Shown here: positions 39,796-49,655 of the stretch, piece by piece
Layout of the letters: each line of letters starts with the position of its first letter
Numbering within the stretch: position 1 is the first letter of the stretch
Assembly: GCA_019057795.1 (NCBI GenBank)
Contig: JAHLWS010000005.1
Span: forward strand, 1 to 64,000
Reading direction: 5' to 3'
From: Promethearchaeota archaeon
GTDB lineage: Archaea > Asgardarchaeota > Lokiarchaeia > Sigyniarchaeales > SOKP01
DNA: 64,000 nucleotides
Translations under genes and position numbers: made by a program
Notes under the pieces: generated by a model
Told to the model about the DNA's origin: nothing
Database searches by the model: none
The model's input: the letters and a program-made list of their open reading frames with translations, nothing else

Positions 39796-40299
39796 TTAAC
39801 TCTTTTCTTTAACTGTTGTTAGAGGGCTACTGGGAGCGTAACCAATGAAATCTTCTTCTTCTTTTTTTACTATGTAAGAAGGGGCGTTTATTTTCTTACC
39901 TACTACTTGAATGTGGCCGTGAACAATAAATTGTCTCGCTTGATAGATTGTTTTCGCAAACCCTTTCTCAAAGACCAAAGTTTGTAGTCGTCTTTTTAAT
40001 AAGTCTTCTACGGTGAGCGATAACACATCTTCGAATCTTGCTTCTGGACCTACTACGCCGAGCCTGATTAACTTTTTACTTAGCGTTTCTTGAACCTCTG
40101 CGGCTCTTTCTTTTGATAATGTTCTTGATTGTCGTGCTATTCTTCTCCAATTACCCAGCGTGGTACGCATTTTCCAGAATTCTCGTTTATTTCTAAGTCC
40201 ATATTTTCCTAGAAATTCAAGTTCTTCAGCCAACCTTTCTTTTTGAAAGGGATGTTTTGGTTTTTTAAATTTTTTTTTTAAACGTCGTGGGTCTCCGAT
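39796..40299 (-). CDS. rps4: 30S ribosomal protein S4 (uS4), apparent ATC start
   Basis: Frame extends to (I)[17 protein letters not shown]; [13 protein letters not shown] and [10 protein letters not shown] motifs. Confidence 0.95.
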   Translation of the reverse strand: MGDPRRLKKKFKKPKHPFQKERLAEELEFLGKYGLRNKREFWKMRTTLGNWRRIARQSRTLSKERAAEVQETLSKKLIRLGVVGPEARFEDVLSLTVEDLLKRRLQTLVFEKGFAKTIYQARQFIVHGHIQVVGKKINAPSYIVKKEEEDFIGYAPSSPLTTVKEKS

Positions 40300-40310
40300 T
40301 TTTTGTCACC

Positions 40311-40799
40311 TTATCCTTGTTTTTGCAATTTTAATCTTCTTCTCAATACGCCGACTACTAGTCCGTGTCGTCCAGTGCTTTTAGTTTTTTGACCTCTTAC
40401 TCTCAGTCCTTGGTGGTGTCGTACTCCTTTGTAGCTTCTAATCCGCTTCATTCTATCTATGTCGCGTCTTACTGACAATTCTAGCCTATTTCCAAAGATG
40501 TGTAAATTTTCTCCGGTAACTAAGTCTTTTTTACGATTAACCATCCACGCGGGGATACCATTTGTAATCGGATCTATAATAATTTCTTCAATTCTGTTTA
40601 AGTCTTTTTCAGGGAGGGCGCCAATTCTTATGTCGGGGTTTATGCCTGCAACCACAATTATTGCTTGAGCGAATCTTCTTCCAATTCCCCTTATTTGAGT
40701 TAATCCATATTCTACTTTCGCGTTTCCATCGACTTGACTTCGAAGTTTGCGAAAGAATAATTTTTCCCGAAAGTTGGTAGGTCTTGTAGTTAAGCTCAT
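40311..40799 (-). CDS. rps13: 30S ribosomal protein S13 (uS13)
   Basis: IRGIGRRFA, IPAWMVNR, YKGVRH, VRGQKTKSTGR. Confidence 0.99.
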   Translation of the reverse strand: MSLTTRPTNFREKLFFRKLRSQVDGNAKVEYGLTQIRGIGRRFAQAIIVVAGINPDIRIGALPEKDLNRIEEIIIDPITNGIPAWMVNRKKDLVTGENLHIFGNRLELSVRRDIDRMKRIRSYKGVRHHQGLRVRGQKTKSTGRHGLVVGVLRRRLKLQKQG

Positions 40800-40933
40800 T
40801 TTTACTCTAAATTATTACTTACTGTAATAATTAACGTTATAATTCTTAATATGAAATTAAATATTAATTTTATGGTTTATAAAGGGAGTAGGAATATTTG
40901 AGAAAAATTTAGAGAAAATCTAATACCTAATAT

Positions 40934-42427
40934 CTAATATCGCGGGTATCTTATTTTTTTATTTTTCTTTTTATCGATATGTTTAGTACATTTGTTTCTT
41001 TTGGATTTGGCAGTCTTTTCGAGAAGAGGTAATCCGGGTTTAACGTCCTTAATCTTTTTGGATTCAATTAAATCGTTTTCGATTAGTCCGCTGTATAAAT
41101 CTTTTCCTATTTGGGTTCTTATAATAACCGTATTCCAACCTGAGGGAGAACCAATAGAACCAATAGAAATATCTGCTGCTTCTGAGGTCAGATCAAAGCA
41201 GATTTCGCAATCTTCTCTTGCTAAGTGAGAAATCTCTTTAATAGGGACCGTTAATTCATCCCCAGAATTAGTATAAATAAAAAATTTGCCCTTATTTATA
41301 TCGGTTTTTCTTACGTCCTTTACGTTAACTTTCAAAACCTCGCATATTTTTAAAAAGGATTCGTACGAGAAGGACTCCATACAGAAGATGCCGATACGAT
41401 ATTTGATTTGATTTAACGAGGGTATATCGACATTATAAATTTTTGATTTTAATAGTCCTTGCATCATACAAGGAACTCCAACAACTGCTAATTTGGTTGG
41501 ATTTTTGTTTAAATCTTTTAACTCTCTTAAAGTTGGGTTATTTACGTATTTGGTGCCGGTTGTTAAAAGAATTTCGTCTTTATTTTGAATTACTAACGGT
41601 TCAGGCCTCCACGGAGTTCCGCTCATTTTTGCTCCTAGTGCTAGATCGATTTGGTTTGTGTCAAAAAGGTAATGTAAGCAAGTACTGGTAATTCCACCAT
41701 CCTGACATACTTTAGCAATACTTTTAATTTTAGTTCTTGCGGAATAAATTTCTATGTAATGTCCAATTGTAGAAACGCTTTTAATTTCTGAAGAGTTACC
41801 TTGAGTCATGTTCAAGATATCGACGGGTAAATACGTACGAGGGCATAAAAAATAACACATTCCGCATTTGATACACACGTCTTCGTCTAATTTACCAAAA
41901 CCATTATAAATATTTAAACAATTTACAGGACAAACTCCAGCGCATAAACCACATCCAGAGCAGATATTTGATTCAAACACCGCCTTAACTGGTTCGTAAA
42001 TTGATTTTACTTCTGAGGGGTTAACAAAACGGCTTTGAATATCGAAATCCTTAAAAACTGTAGCTTTAATCGCGTCGTTATTCTCTTCTATTGTTTCAGT
42101 GATTTTATTGACTACTACAAGGTTTTCATTCTTCAATAATTCTAATAAACTAAGAGTTTTTCTAACATCTATGGAGTTTTTTTCGGAAAATTGTTTAATA
42201 GAATCAAAATTATTGGGATTGTGTTGATTTAAATAATTGAAAAGTCTATATTTCAAATTCTCTTCATCGAACATTTTGAACAAGAGTTTAAAGTATTGTT
42301 CTTCGCTATAGATGCCCGCATCTAAGATTTCCTGCTTAGCGTCAATTAATGCGCGGATTCTATATGAATCTAAGGTAACAGCTACATCTTTTAAGGTTTC
42401 CCATGAAATGTTAGACTCAGAGCTCAT
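40934..42427 (-). CDS. F420-reducing hydrogenase/dehydrogenase beta subunit (FrhB/FdhB family) with ferredoxin domain and N-terminal extension
   Basis: CSGCGLCAGVCP, QDGG, GTKY, VGVPC, IGIFCMESF, ADISIGSIGSPSGW. Confidence 0.9.
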   Translation of the reverse strand: MSSESNISWETLKDVAVTLDSYRIRALIDAKQEILDAGIYSEEQYFKLLFKMFDEENLKYRLFNYLNQHNPNNFDSIKQFSEKNSIDVRKTLSLLELLKNENLVVVNKITETIEENNDAIKATVFKDFDIQSRFVNPSEVKSIYEPVKAVFESNICSGCGLCAGVCPVNCLNIYNGFGKLDEDVCIKCGMCYFLCPRTYLPVDILNMTQGNSSEIKSVSTIGHYIEIYSARTKIKSIAKVCQDGGITSTCLHYLFDTNQIDLALGAKMSGTPWRPEPLVIQNKDEILLTTGTKYVNNPTLRELKDLNKNPTKLAVVGVPCMMQGLLKSKIYNVDIPSLNQIKYRIGIFCMESFSYESFLKICEVLKVNVKDVRKTDINKGKFFIYTNSGDELTVPIKEISHLAREDCEICFDLTSEAADISIGSIGSPSGWNTVIIRTQIGKDLYSGLIENDLIESKKIKDVKPGLPLLEKTAKSKRNKCTKHIDKKKNKKIRYPRY

Positions 42428-42492
42428 TTTTTTTTTACTAATTTATTCTTTACAATTTATGTTTTATATTATATGTTTTAAATATCATAATT

Positions 42493-42561
42493 CCGAAAAC
42501 TCATGCTGTGAGTTAGTTACCTTCTAACTCCTTTTTTTTTAGAAGGGTCATTCTATTTCGG
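42493..42561 (-). ncRNA. SECIS-like stem-loop in the 3' UTR of mvhD
   Basis: Immediately after TAG: AUGAC-CCUUCUAA-(A7GGAG loop)-UUAGAAGG-UAAC, with an outer CCGAAA/UUUCGG stem; the 3' core reads AA rather than GA. Confidence 0.55.
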
Positions 42562-42981
42562 GTTAATTTTTTGTTTTGGTAGACGAGGAAGAGCTTCGAT
42601 TTTGTTGGTGATGTCTTCTACTGAGTTAAGGAAATTTTCAACTTCGGCTGCAGAGCAGAAATATTGTTGAACCCTATCTTCAGAAAGGCCTATGTGTTTA
42701 AACATCATTTTTAAAAATTTGACGTGTTCGTATGTATTTAAATTTCCTTTTCCAAACTCACATTCACCTTCTTTTCAGGAAATAATAGCTACTCCATCGG
42801 CTCCGTTCAAAAAGCATTCCATTATTAAATGAATTCCAATTCTACCAGTACATCTAACTCTTATTAAATGGAAAGTGTTAGAATACGGTTTTCTCATAGT
42901 GCCTGTTAAATCTGCTACGGAATACCCTCACTTTTCACATCCAAAAGCAATAATATTTCTTTCTTTTACGTTATTTGCCAT
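42553..42981 (-). CDS. mvhD: Hydrogenase iron-sulfur subunit MvhD/VhuD, selenoprotein with 2 Sec (missed by the ORF track)
   Basis: MANNVKERNIIAFGCEKUGYSVADLTG...IRVRCTGRI...GADGVAIISUKEGECEFGKGN...; TGA at 42930-42928 and 42777-42775 fall at conserved Cys positions. Confidence 0.92.
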
Positions 42982-43002
42982 TTATTCTCGCCTATAATCT
43001 CT

Positions 43003-45003
43003 TTAATTTTCAATTTTGGTTGATATTTTCTTCATAACTTCGATTTCACTGCCCGCGATTCCTTTAATTTCCGCCTTAAATTGCTTATCTCTGTAATATT
43101 TTAAATCGATAGCTCGTGCTGGACATGAGGAAACGCACACTCCACAACCTTTACATTTTAACTCGTCAACAACGGCAATTCCATCTTCATTTACGATTAT
43201 TGCTTGATATTCGCATAATTTCTCGCATCTATGACATCCCACGCAGAGGAGCTCGTCAACTTCAGCTATAATTAACTCTTGAACGATAGTATCGTAAGAA
43301 AGCAATGTAGCAGCTTTACTTGCAGCGGCTAATGCTGTAGAAACGGAATATGGAATGTTTTTTGGTCCCGCAGCACATCCACATATGTAAATCCCTAATC
43401 CTTTAGTTTCTTGAGGTTTTAAACACCCGTGAATTTCTGAAAGGAATCCATTGGGGCCTTTACTAAGCCCCATTACATCTATCATTTTATCTGTACCTTT
43501 TGAAGGTATCATCCCTGTTGAACACACTACTAAATCAAAATCCATGTAAGAAACTTCTCCCTCTAAAGAATTGTCGTAAAAGAGTCTCATAGTTCCATCC
43601 TCGTTCAGCTTTATATCGCCCGGTTTTCCCCTTATGAACATAACATTCTGTTCTCTTATATTTCTATAATATTGTTCGTTTCCTTTATCTGTGGTTCTAA
43701 TGTCTATATAGAATATCGTTATTTCCATATCGGGGTATTCCTGCTTTAACAATTGAGCGTTCTTCAAAGAAACGCTACAACAGACAGCTGAACAATAATT
43801 ATTTCCTCTTAACGTTCGGGACCCAACACATTGGATCATAGCTACTTTTTTAGGCGATTTTCCATCGGATATTCTATATACATGCCCCTCGGTTGGGCCA
43901 ATTGGACTTAACAGCCTTTCTAATTCGATTTGTGTAATGACATCAGGATAAATTCCATACATGTACTCGTTACTTTTCAAAATGTTGTATTCGTCCCATC
44001 CAGTTGCGACAATAACAGCGCCTACAGCAATATCGAGGATTTCGGGTTCTTGATCAAAATCGACCGCTTCACTAGGGCAATCTCTTTCACAATTTTTACA
44101 GTCTATACACACATCCATATCGATTACGGCATACTTTGGCACCGCTTGCGGAAAAGGAATATAAACTGCTCTTCTTTCTCCAAATCCTCGATCAAACTTA
44201 TTAAGGATCGTAATTGGACATTTTATCGAGCATAAACCACATCCTGTACACTTTTTTTCGTCAATATATCGAGGATTTTTTCTGATTTTAAACTTGAAAT
44301 TTCCAGTTATACCACTAAATTCTATAACATCGCTATAGGTCAGTAAAGTTATATTGGGATGTTTCGAAGCATTTACCATTATTGGGGCTAAAACTCAAAT
44401 TCCACAATCGTCAGTAGGGAAAATTCTATCGAGCTGTGCCATTTTTCCGCCTATGGTTGGTTCTTTTTCGACCAAATAAACAGATATTCCTTGACTGGCC
44501 AAATCTAACGCGGCATTCATCCCCGCAATTCCAGCACCAATTACTAAAGCTGCTTTAGTTACTGGTATTTCTTTTCGTGGAACGGCTTCTAATTCTCGAG
44601 CCCGATTTATTCCTGCTAATATTAACCTTTTTGCTTTTTCTGTCGCTTTTTCTTTATCGTCTTGATGAACAAAGGAGCAGTGTTCTCTGAGATTTACCAT
44701 TTCAAAATAGTAGGGACTTAATCCTGCTTCCTGTAATACAGCTCGGTATGTGGGTTCGTGAATTTTAGGAGTGCAGGCTGCGACCACTACTCTATTTAAA
44801 TCTAATTCTAATATATCGTTTTTGATTATTTGTTGTCCAGGATCGCTACAAGTGAAATTATTAACTCTTGCTATGACTACGTTAGGCAAAGGCTCAACAA
44901 AGTCTCTTACAGCATCGCAATCAACGTGAGCTCCTATATTAACGCCTCATCTACAAATGTAAACTCCTATTCTTAGTTTATCGATGGTCTGTTTATCAGA
45001 CAT
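43003..45003 (-). CDS. hdrA: Heterodisulfide reductase subunit A, selenoprotein with 2 Sec (666 aa)
   Basis: One frame from ATG 45003: IGVYICRUGVNI (TGA 44949-44947) and PTDDCGIUVLAP (TGA 44397-44395); FAD motif GAGIAG; ferredoxin motifs. Confidence 0.95.
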
Positions 45004-45242
45004 TTAATTCACCTTTAGTTGAAACATCACCGAAAGTAGTTATTGTTTATACATACTTCTTAAAATTTTTATAGAAGTCTCTTTGGTTTAGGAATTTTTG
45101 AATTAATATATTTTTAAGCATTTTTTTAACAATAATTCCATTTAGATTGTTATTGATCAAAAGAGAACATATTTTTTATGCCTTAGCAGTATTATAGGAA
45201 AACTTTTTACGAGTTATTATTGTTTTAGGTAAATATCTGTAA

Positions 45243-45263
45243 ATTTGCATTCAAAATGCAAAT
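45243..45263. promoter_or_regulatory. Perfect inverted repeat, candidate transcription-factor site
   Basis: ATTTGCATT-CAA-AATGCAAAT in the divergent region between hdrA and the small ORF/serS. Confidence 0.45.
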
Positions 45264-45278
45264 CTCATTAACTTTTTT

Positions 45279-45488
45279 ATGATAAATTCATTATTTTCTA
45301 ATATGGTGGAGCAAGAGGAAGGGAAAAAAGAAGATTTTGCTAAGCAATTTATGGCAGAAGAAGGCTTAAAAGGTAAAGCTAAGAGAATAAAAATCATGAA
45401 CATTATAGATAAAGTTGGATACGACAAAAGAAAAATAAGAGTTGCCTTTCTGCGCTCAACAATAACTGAAAGAGTTCAGCATGAATGA
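45279..45488 (+). CDS. Small hypothetical protein (start possibly 45303)
   Basis: Charged 61-69 aa ORF with natural-looking composition. Confidence 0.65.
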   Translation: MINSLFSNMVEQEEGKKEDFAKQFMAEEGLKGKAKRIKIMNIIDKVGYDKRKIRVAFLRSTITERVQHE

Positions 45489-45589
45489 GATTTTGGATTA
45501 TTCTTACAAATATCAATAATTTTCATAAATTAATTTAATGATTATTTATAATAGAAATTAGAAATTTTAAATTTTAATGGGATTAAAAC

Positions 45590-46873
45590 TTGCGAGATAT
45601 TGAAGATTTTAGAAGAAATTTCAAAAAAATCGTTGAATCAGAGAAGAAGAGATTTAATAATCCTGTTAATGCAGAAAGAGTATGTGAATACGATCAAAAG
45701 TGGAAAAGCGTCCTACAAGAAATTCAAGACTTAAGAAAACAAAGAAACGAAATTTCTAGTAAGATTAGCGCTTATAAGAAATCGGGCGATAATGTAAAAG
45801 CCGAGAAAGCGATAAAGGAATCAAAGCAAATTAAGGAAAAAATTGACGAGTTGGAAAAGAAGAGAATCGAATATATCAATAAAAGAGAAAAATATCGATA
45901 TTATGTGGGGAATGATCTACACGAATCGGTTCCTATTGGTGAAACGGAAGAGAGCAACGAAATAGTAAGAACTATTGGAGATTTGCCTAAATTTGATTTT
46001 AAACCTTTATCACATGTATTTCTAATTGAGAAAATTAATGGAGCAGATACAAAGAAGGCATCTGAAGTGGTGGGGTCAAGGTTTTATTACTTAAAAGGGG
46101 ATATGGTGCTACTTAATTTAGCTCTCATTAGATTTGCTTTAGATAAGTTGATAAGCAAAGGTTATACTCCTTTATGGACCCCATTCTTTATAAAGCACGA
46201 AATTATGAAAGCAGCTGCAGAATTGGCAGATTTTGAGGAACAATTATATAAAATACAAGACGAAGATCTCTATATGATTGCTACATCAGAACAGACTTTA
46301 GCTGCTTATCATTACAATGAGATTATTGATCCTAATTTGTTTCCACTAAAATATGCGGGAGTATCATCTTGTTTTAGGAGAGAAGCAGGTTCACATGGAA
46401 AAGACACTCTGGGAATATTTCGAGTACATCAATTTGAAAAAGTGGAACAATACGTTTTTTGTAAACCTGATAATTCGTGGAATATCTTCGAAGAATTAAT
46501 AACAAACGCAGAAGAGATTTATAAAGAATTAAATATTCCTTATCGAATTGTTAATATCGCCTCTGGCGAATTAAACGATAATGCCGCTAAAAAGTACGAT
46601 CTTGAAGCTTGGTTTCCTGCTTCCGAAAAATATCGAGAATTAGTCTCGTGCAGTAATTGTTTAGATTATCAAGCAAGAAAATTAAAAATAAGAGTTGGAA
46701 AAGTGGGTTCTACTCAAAAAAAAGAAATCGCACACACCCTAAATTCCACTGCGGTCGCGACTGAACGTACAATTTGTTGTATTTTAGAGAATTATCAAAA
46801 TGAAGATGGTTCTGTTAGGATACCAAAAGCTTTACAACCTTATATGAATGGTAAAAAATTATTAAACTCATAA
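45590..46873 (+). CDS. serS: Seryl-tRNA synthetase
   Basis: ATSEQ, CFRREAGSHGKDTLGIFRVHQFEKVE, ELVSCSNC, HTLNSTA. Confidence 0.98.
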   Translation: MRDIEDFRRNFKKIVESEKKRFNNPVNAERVCEYDQKWKSVLQEIQDLRKQRNEISSKISAYKKSGDNVKAEKAIKESKQIKEKIDELEKKRIEYINKREKYRYYVGNDLHESVPIGETEESNEIVRTIGDLPKFDFKPLSHVFLIEKINGADTKKASEVVGSRFYYLKGDMVLLNLALIRFALDKLISKGYTPLWTPFFIKHEIMKAAAELADFEEQLYKIQDEDLYMIATSEQTLAAYHYNEIIDPNLFPLKYAGVSSCFRREAGSHGKDTLGIFRVHQFEKVEQYVFCKPDNSWNIFEELITNAEEIYKELNIPYRIVNIASGELNDNAAKKYDLEAWFPASEKYRELVSCSNCLDYQARKLKIRVGKVGSTQKKEIAHTLNSTAVATERTICCILENYQNEDGSVRIPKALQPYMNGKKLLNS

Positions 46874-46898
46874 AATAAAATTTGTCTAAAAATTAATA

Positions 46899-48131
46899 AT
46901 GATTGAAATTTCATTAGAAGAATTCGAAGTTTTTTACAAGGAAAAGCTTGATTCTCAATTCTATAAAGTTAAAAAAGCTGTCAAAAAGCAGATTTCTGAC
47001 GTTCGAGATAACTTAATTGAAATAAAGGTTTGTACAGATCATTTTATTGAAGCAGGAGGCGGAAAAATAGATGAGAAAGCTGTTAAATCGTTACATTTCT
47101 TTTCTGACAGAATTAAAAAAGAAATTGATGAAGTTCAAATACCTGAAGAAGATATTACTTACGACAACTTGCATAGTTTATTAAACTCAATCAAGAAACT
47201 CTTTACAAGCATCAATGATATAGCAAAAAAATCTTTACCAAAATTCCAGAAACAAGTACAACCAGAAATAAAGGAATTAAGTTATATTACGCGGAAATTA
47301 GGCAATAAACAAAAAGGTATGGATGAGTTTCTAAGGAAAAAATACACCGATCTAAAGGAGGCAGAATATTTGCTTAAAAAGCTGCCAAAGATATTTTCTT
47401 TAAGAGATAACATCGAACATGCCAAGTCTGATTTAGATGCGTTTGAAAGTGATTTAGAAGCGAGACAGAAAGATCAAGAGGGGTTAATCCAAGAGCTAAC
47501 ATTGGTTGAAAAAAACGAGCTATTTAAAGAACAAGACGAACAAGAAGAAAACTTAGCCAAGTTGAGGATGAAAATAAACAACAAATTTGGTTTTAAAAAA
47601 GCTTTAAAAAAGTTGAAATTTGAATTAGAAAAAGAAACTATTCATATCCCTAGCATTAACACTTATTTTCTAAGAGATTTTTTAAAAAACCCAATAAATA
47701 CGTTAGTTAATGAAAGCAGGGAACTACCAAAATTCTCAAGTTTGCTTATCCAATTACGTCATGTTTTAGAAGAAAATAAGTTAAATCTTAAATCTGAAGT
47801 AAAAGATAAAACTATTAACCAAATTAATGCAATTTTTGACGAAAAAAAAATTCAAAGCGATATCGATAAAATCAAAGAGATTACTAACAAAATTAATGAA
47901 TTAAAGAAACAAATTGACCAAGCAGGTTTAGCGATTAATAGAGAAGATATCAAGAATAAAATTGCTACAAATACAATAAAAATAGAACGTTTGGAAAACG
48001 ATCTCAATAGAAAAAACAAAGATTACATAAGATATTTATCTTCTTTAAAGAAAGAAAGAGAAGAATTTCAAAAATCAGTTAAAAAGATTTTAAACGAAGA
48101 AGTCAAATTAAATATCACGTTCTCATTTTAA
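46899..48131 (+). CDS. Long coiled-coil protein
   Basis: 410 aa, K/E/L-rich heptads. Confidence 0.75.
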   Translation: MIEISLEEFEVFYKEKLDSQFYKVKKAVKKQISDVRDNLIEIKVCTDHFIEAGGGKIDEKAVKSLHFFSDRIKKEIDEVQIPEEDITYDNLHSLLNSIKKLFTSINDIAKKSLPKFQKQVQPEIKELSYITRKLGNKQKGMDEFLRKKYTDLKEAEYLLKKLPKIFSLRDNIEHAKSDLDAFESDLEARQKDQEGLIQELTLVEKNELFKEQDEQEENLAKLRMKINNKFGFKKALKKLKFELEKETIHIPSINTYFLRDFLKNPINTLVNESRELPKFSSLLIQLRHVLEENKLNLKSEVKDKTINQINAIFDEKKIQSDIDKIKEITNKINELKKQIDQAGLAINREDIKNKIATNTIKIERLENDLNRKNKDYIRYLSSLKKEREEFQKSVKKILNEEVKLNITFSF

Positions 48132-48166
48132 TTTTTTAGATAATTTGATAATTAATTAAAGCTTTG

Positions 48167-48898
48167 CTAATTAGTTTTAATAATTTTAAAATCTCGGTTA
48201 TTTCTTTTATTTCTTTTTTGCAAAGTTAATTTTAAATTATTTTTTAGAAACTTATACATCTCGGTTTCAATTAAATTAAAGATTTTAAAGTATTCATGCG
48301 CTAGTACTAAGTCTTGCTTAATATCGATATCAAAACCCGCCCGAAACGAGTCGTAAATCGTAAATTTCAAGTTTCTTTCTTGAGCGTCTTTTAGTAACGC
48401 GACAAAAGAAGGAATATTCGGATCTGAAAAATGCGTAGGCAAAATTTTGGGAGGATTTCGTCCAAAAATAGAAATACCGGCCGAATGTATAGCAGGACAA
48501 ACGACAAGTTGGTTTTTTTTCATTAAATTACTTACTTCAATAAAATTTCTTTCTGATATTAAAATAACATCTAAAAACGTAAAAATTGTTTCTGTAGCGT
48601 TAAATTCTTCAATGGCTATGTTGTTTAAATCTCTAATAACTTCGTCAAACGATTTTCTTGGTACTGTGAAGCGCTCCTTTATCCCAACTAATCCATATTC
48701 TTCTGCTAAGTCTAATATCTCACCGCTATTACAATAAACTACTTTTTGGTAGAAGCAATCAACGTTAACTACTTTATTTGCTAAGTCTTTAAACATAGCA
48801 ATAGTCAAATCTTTGAGTAATTCTTTTGAAAAGCAATCTCTAAGACGAGATTTAGTCCTTGACAAAGGGGCGATAGGGATTAAAAGAATACTCCTCAT
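48167..48898 (-). CDS. cofC: 2-phospho-L-lactate/PEP guanylyltransferase-like (F420 biosynthesis)
   Basis: LIP...TKSRL, AMFKD, DIDIKQDL motifs. Confidence 0.75.
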   Translation of the reverse strand: MRSILLIPIAPLSRTKSRLRDCFSKELLKDLTIAMFKDLANKVVNVDCFYQKVVYCNSGEILDLAEEYGLVGIKERFTVPRKSFDEVIRDLNNIAIEEFNATETIFTFLDVILISERNFIEVSNLMKKNQLVVCPAIHSAGISIFGRNPPKILPTHFSDPNIPSFVALLKDAQERNLKFTIYDSFRAGFDIDIKQDLVLAHEYFKIFNLIETEMYKFLKNNLKLTLQKRNKRNNRDFKIIKTN

Positions 48899-48962
48899 TA
48901 TGAAATTTAGGCATAGTTAAAATATAAAATATATCAAAATTAAGATCTTTAAGTTACTATTA

Positions 48963-49520
48963 CTATTTTAAATTATTTAATATTTGAATGGATAAACTTT
49001 CAAATGCCACATCCACATTTTTATTAAGTTTAGCGGAAGTCTCGAAATATTCTACTCCAAGCTTATTTACTTTTTCATCGATAAGAGACTGGTCAATTTT
49101 CCTTTCAAGGTCCGATTTGTTTCCAACTATTATGTATGGAACATCACCGCTTAATTCCTTCAATTTAGAGAGCCAGAAGGTTATACCCTTGAATGATGAT
49201 AATTCGTTTAAATTGAAAACAATCATAGCCCCAACTGCTTGAACAAAATAGTATTCGTTGCTAAAAAGTTTATCTTGTTGACCCCCTATGTCCCAAAAAT
49301 ATAGTTTGAAGCCCTTATCTTTAATATCCTTTTTCAATTCAGGGTTTTCTAATTTTATTTTATCAATCACATTGCTCAAATCAATCTCTTTAATTAAAAA
49401 ATTTGCACCGAGAGTTGGAACTGATCCTTCGTTAAATTTACCATCTACGTATCGAGCTAGTAGGCTAGTCTTGCCAACAGATGGGTCTCCGCATAAAATA
49501 ACTTTCCCTCGATAAGACAT
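48963..49520 (-). CDS. Rab-like small GTPase (eukaryotic signature protein)
   Basis: GDPSVGKTS, WDIGGQ, NKSD, ETSAK. Confidence 0.95.
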   Translation of the reverse strand: MSYRGKVILCGDPSVGKTSLLARYVDGKFNEGSVPTLGANFLIKEIDLSNVIDKIKLENPELKKDIKDKGFKLYFWDIGGQQDKLFSNEYYFVQAVGAMIVFNLNELSSFKGITFWLSKLKELSGDVPYIIVGNKSDLERKIDQSLIDEKVNKLGVEYFETSAKLNKNVDVAFESLSIQILNNLK

Positions 49521-49655
49521 GCTTTTTTACCCCTATGATTTTAAATCGTATTTGATTAACATTCAGATTAAAATTTAAACTTATTTTTATTTCAGTTTGT
49601 CCTTTTTATTCGTAATTTTTAACTACTATTTATTAATAAATTTGATTAAAATTAT

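Noticed and set aside
43003-45003. hdrA as split ORFs or a pseudogene (as in the ORF track)
   Set aside because: Both stops are TGA, in frame, and at conserved Cys positions, consistent with Sec.
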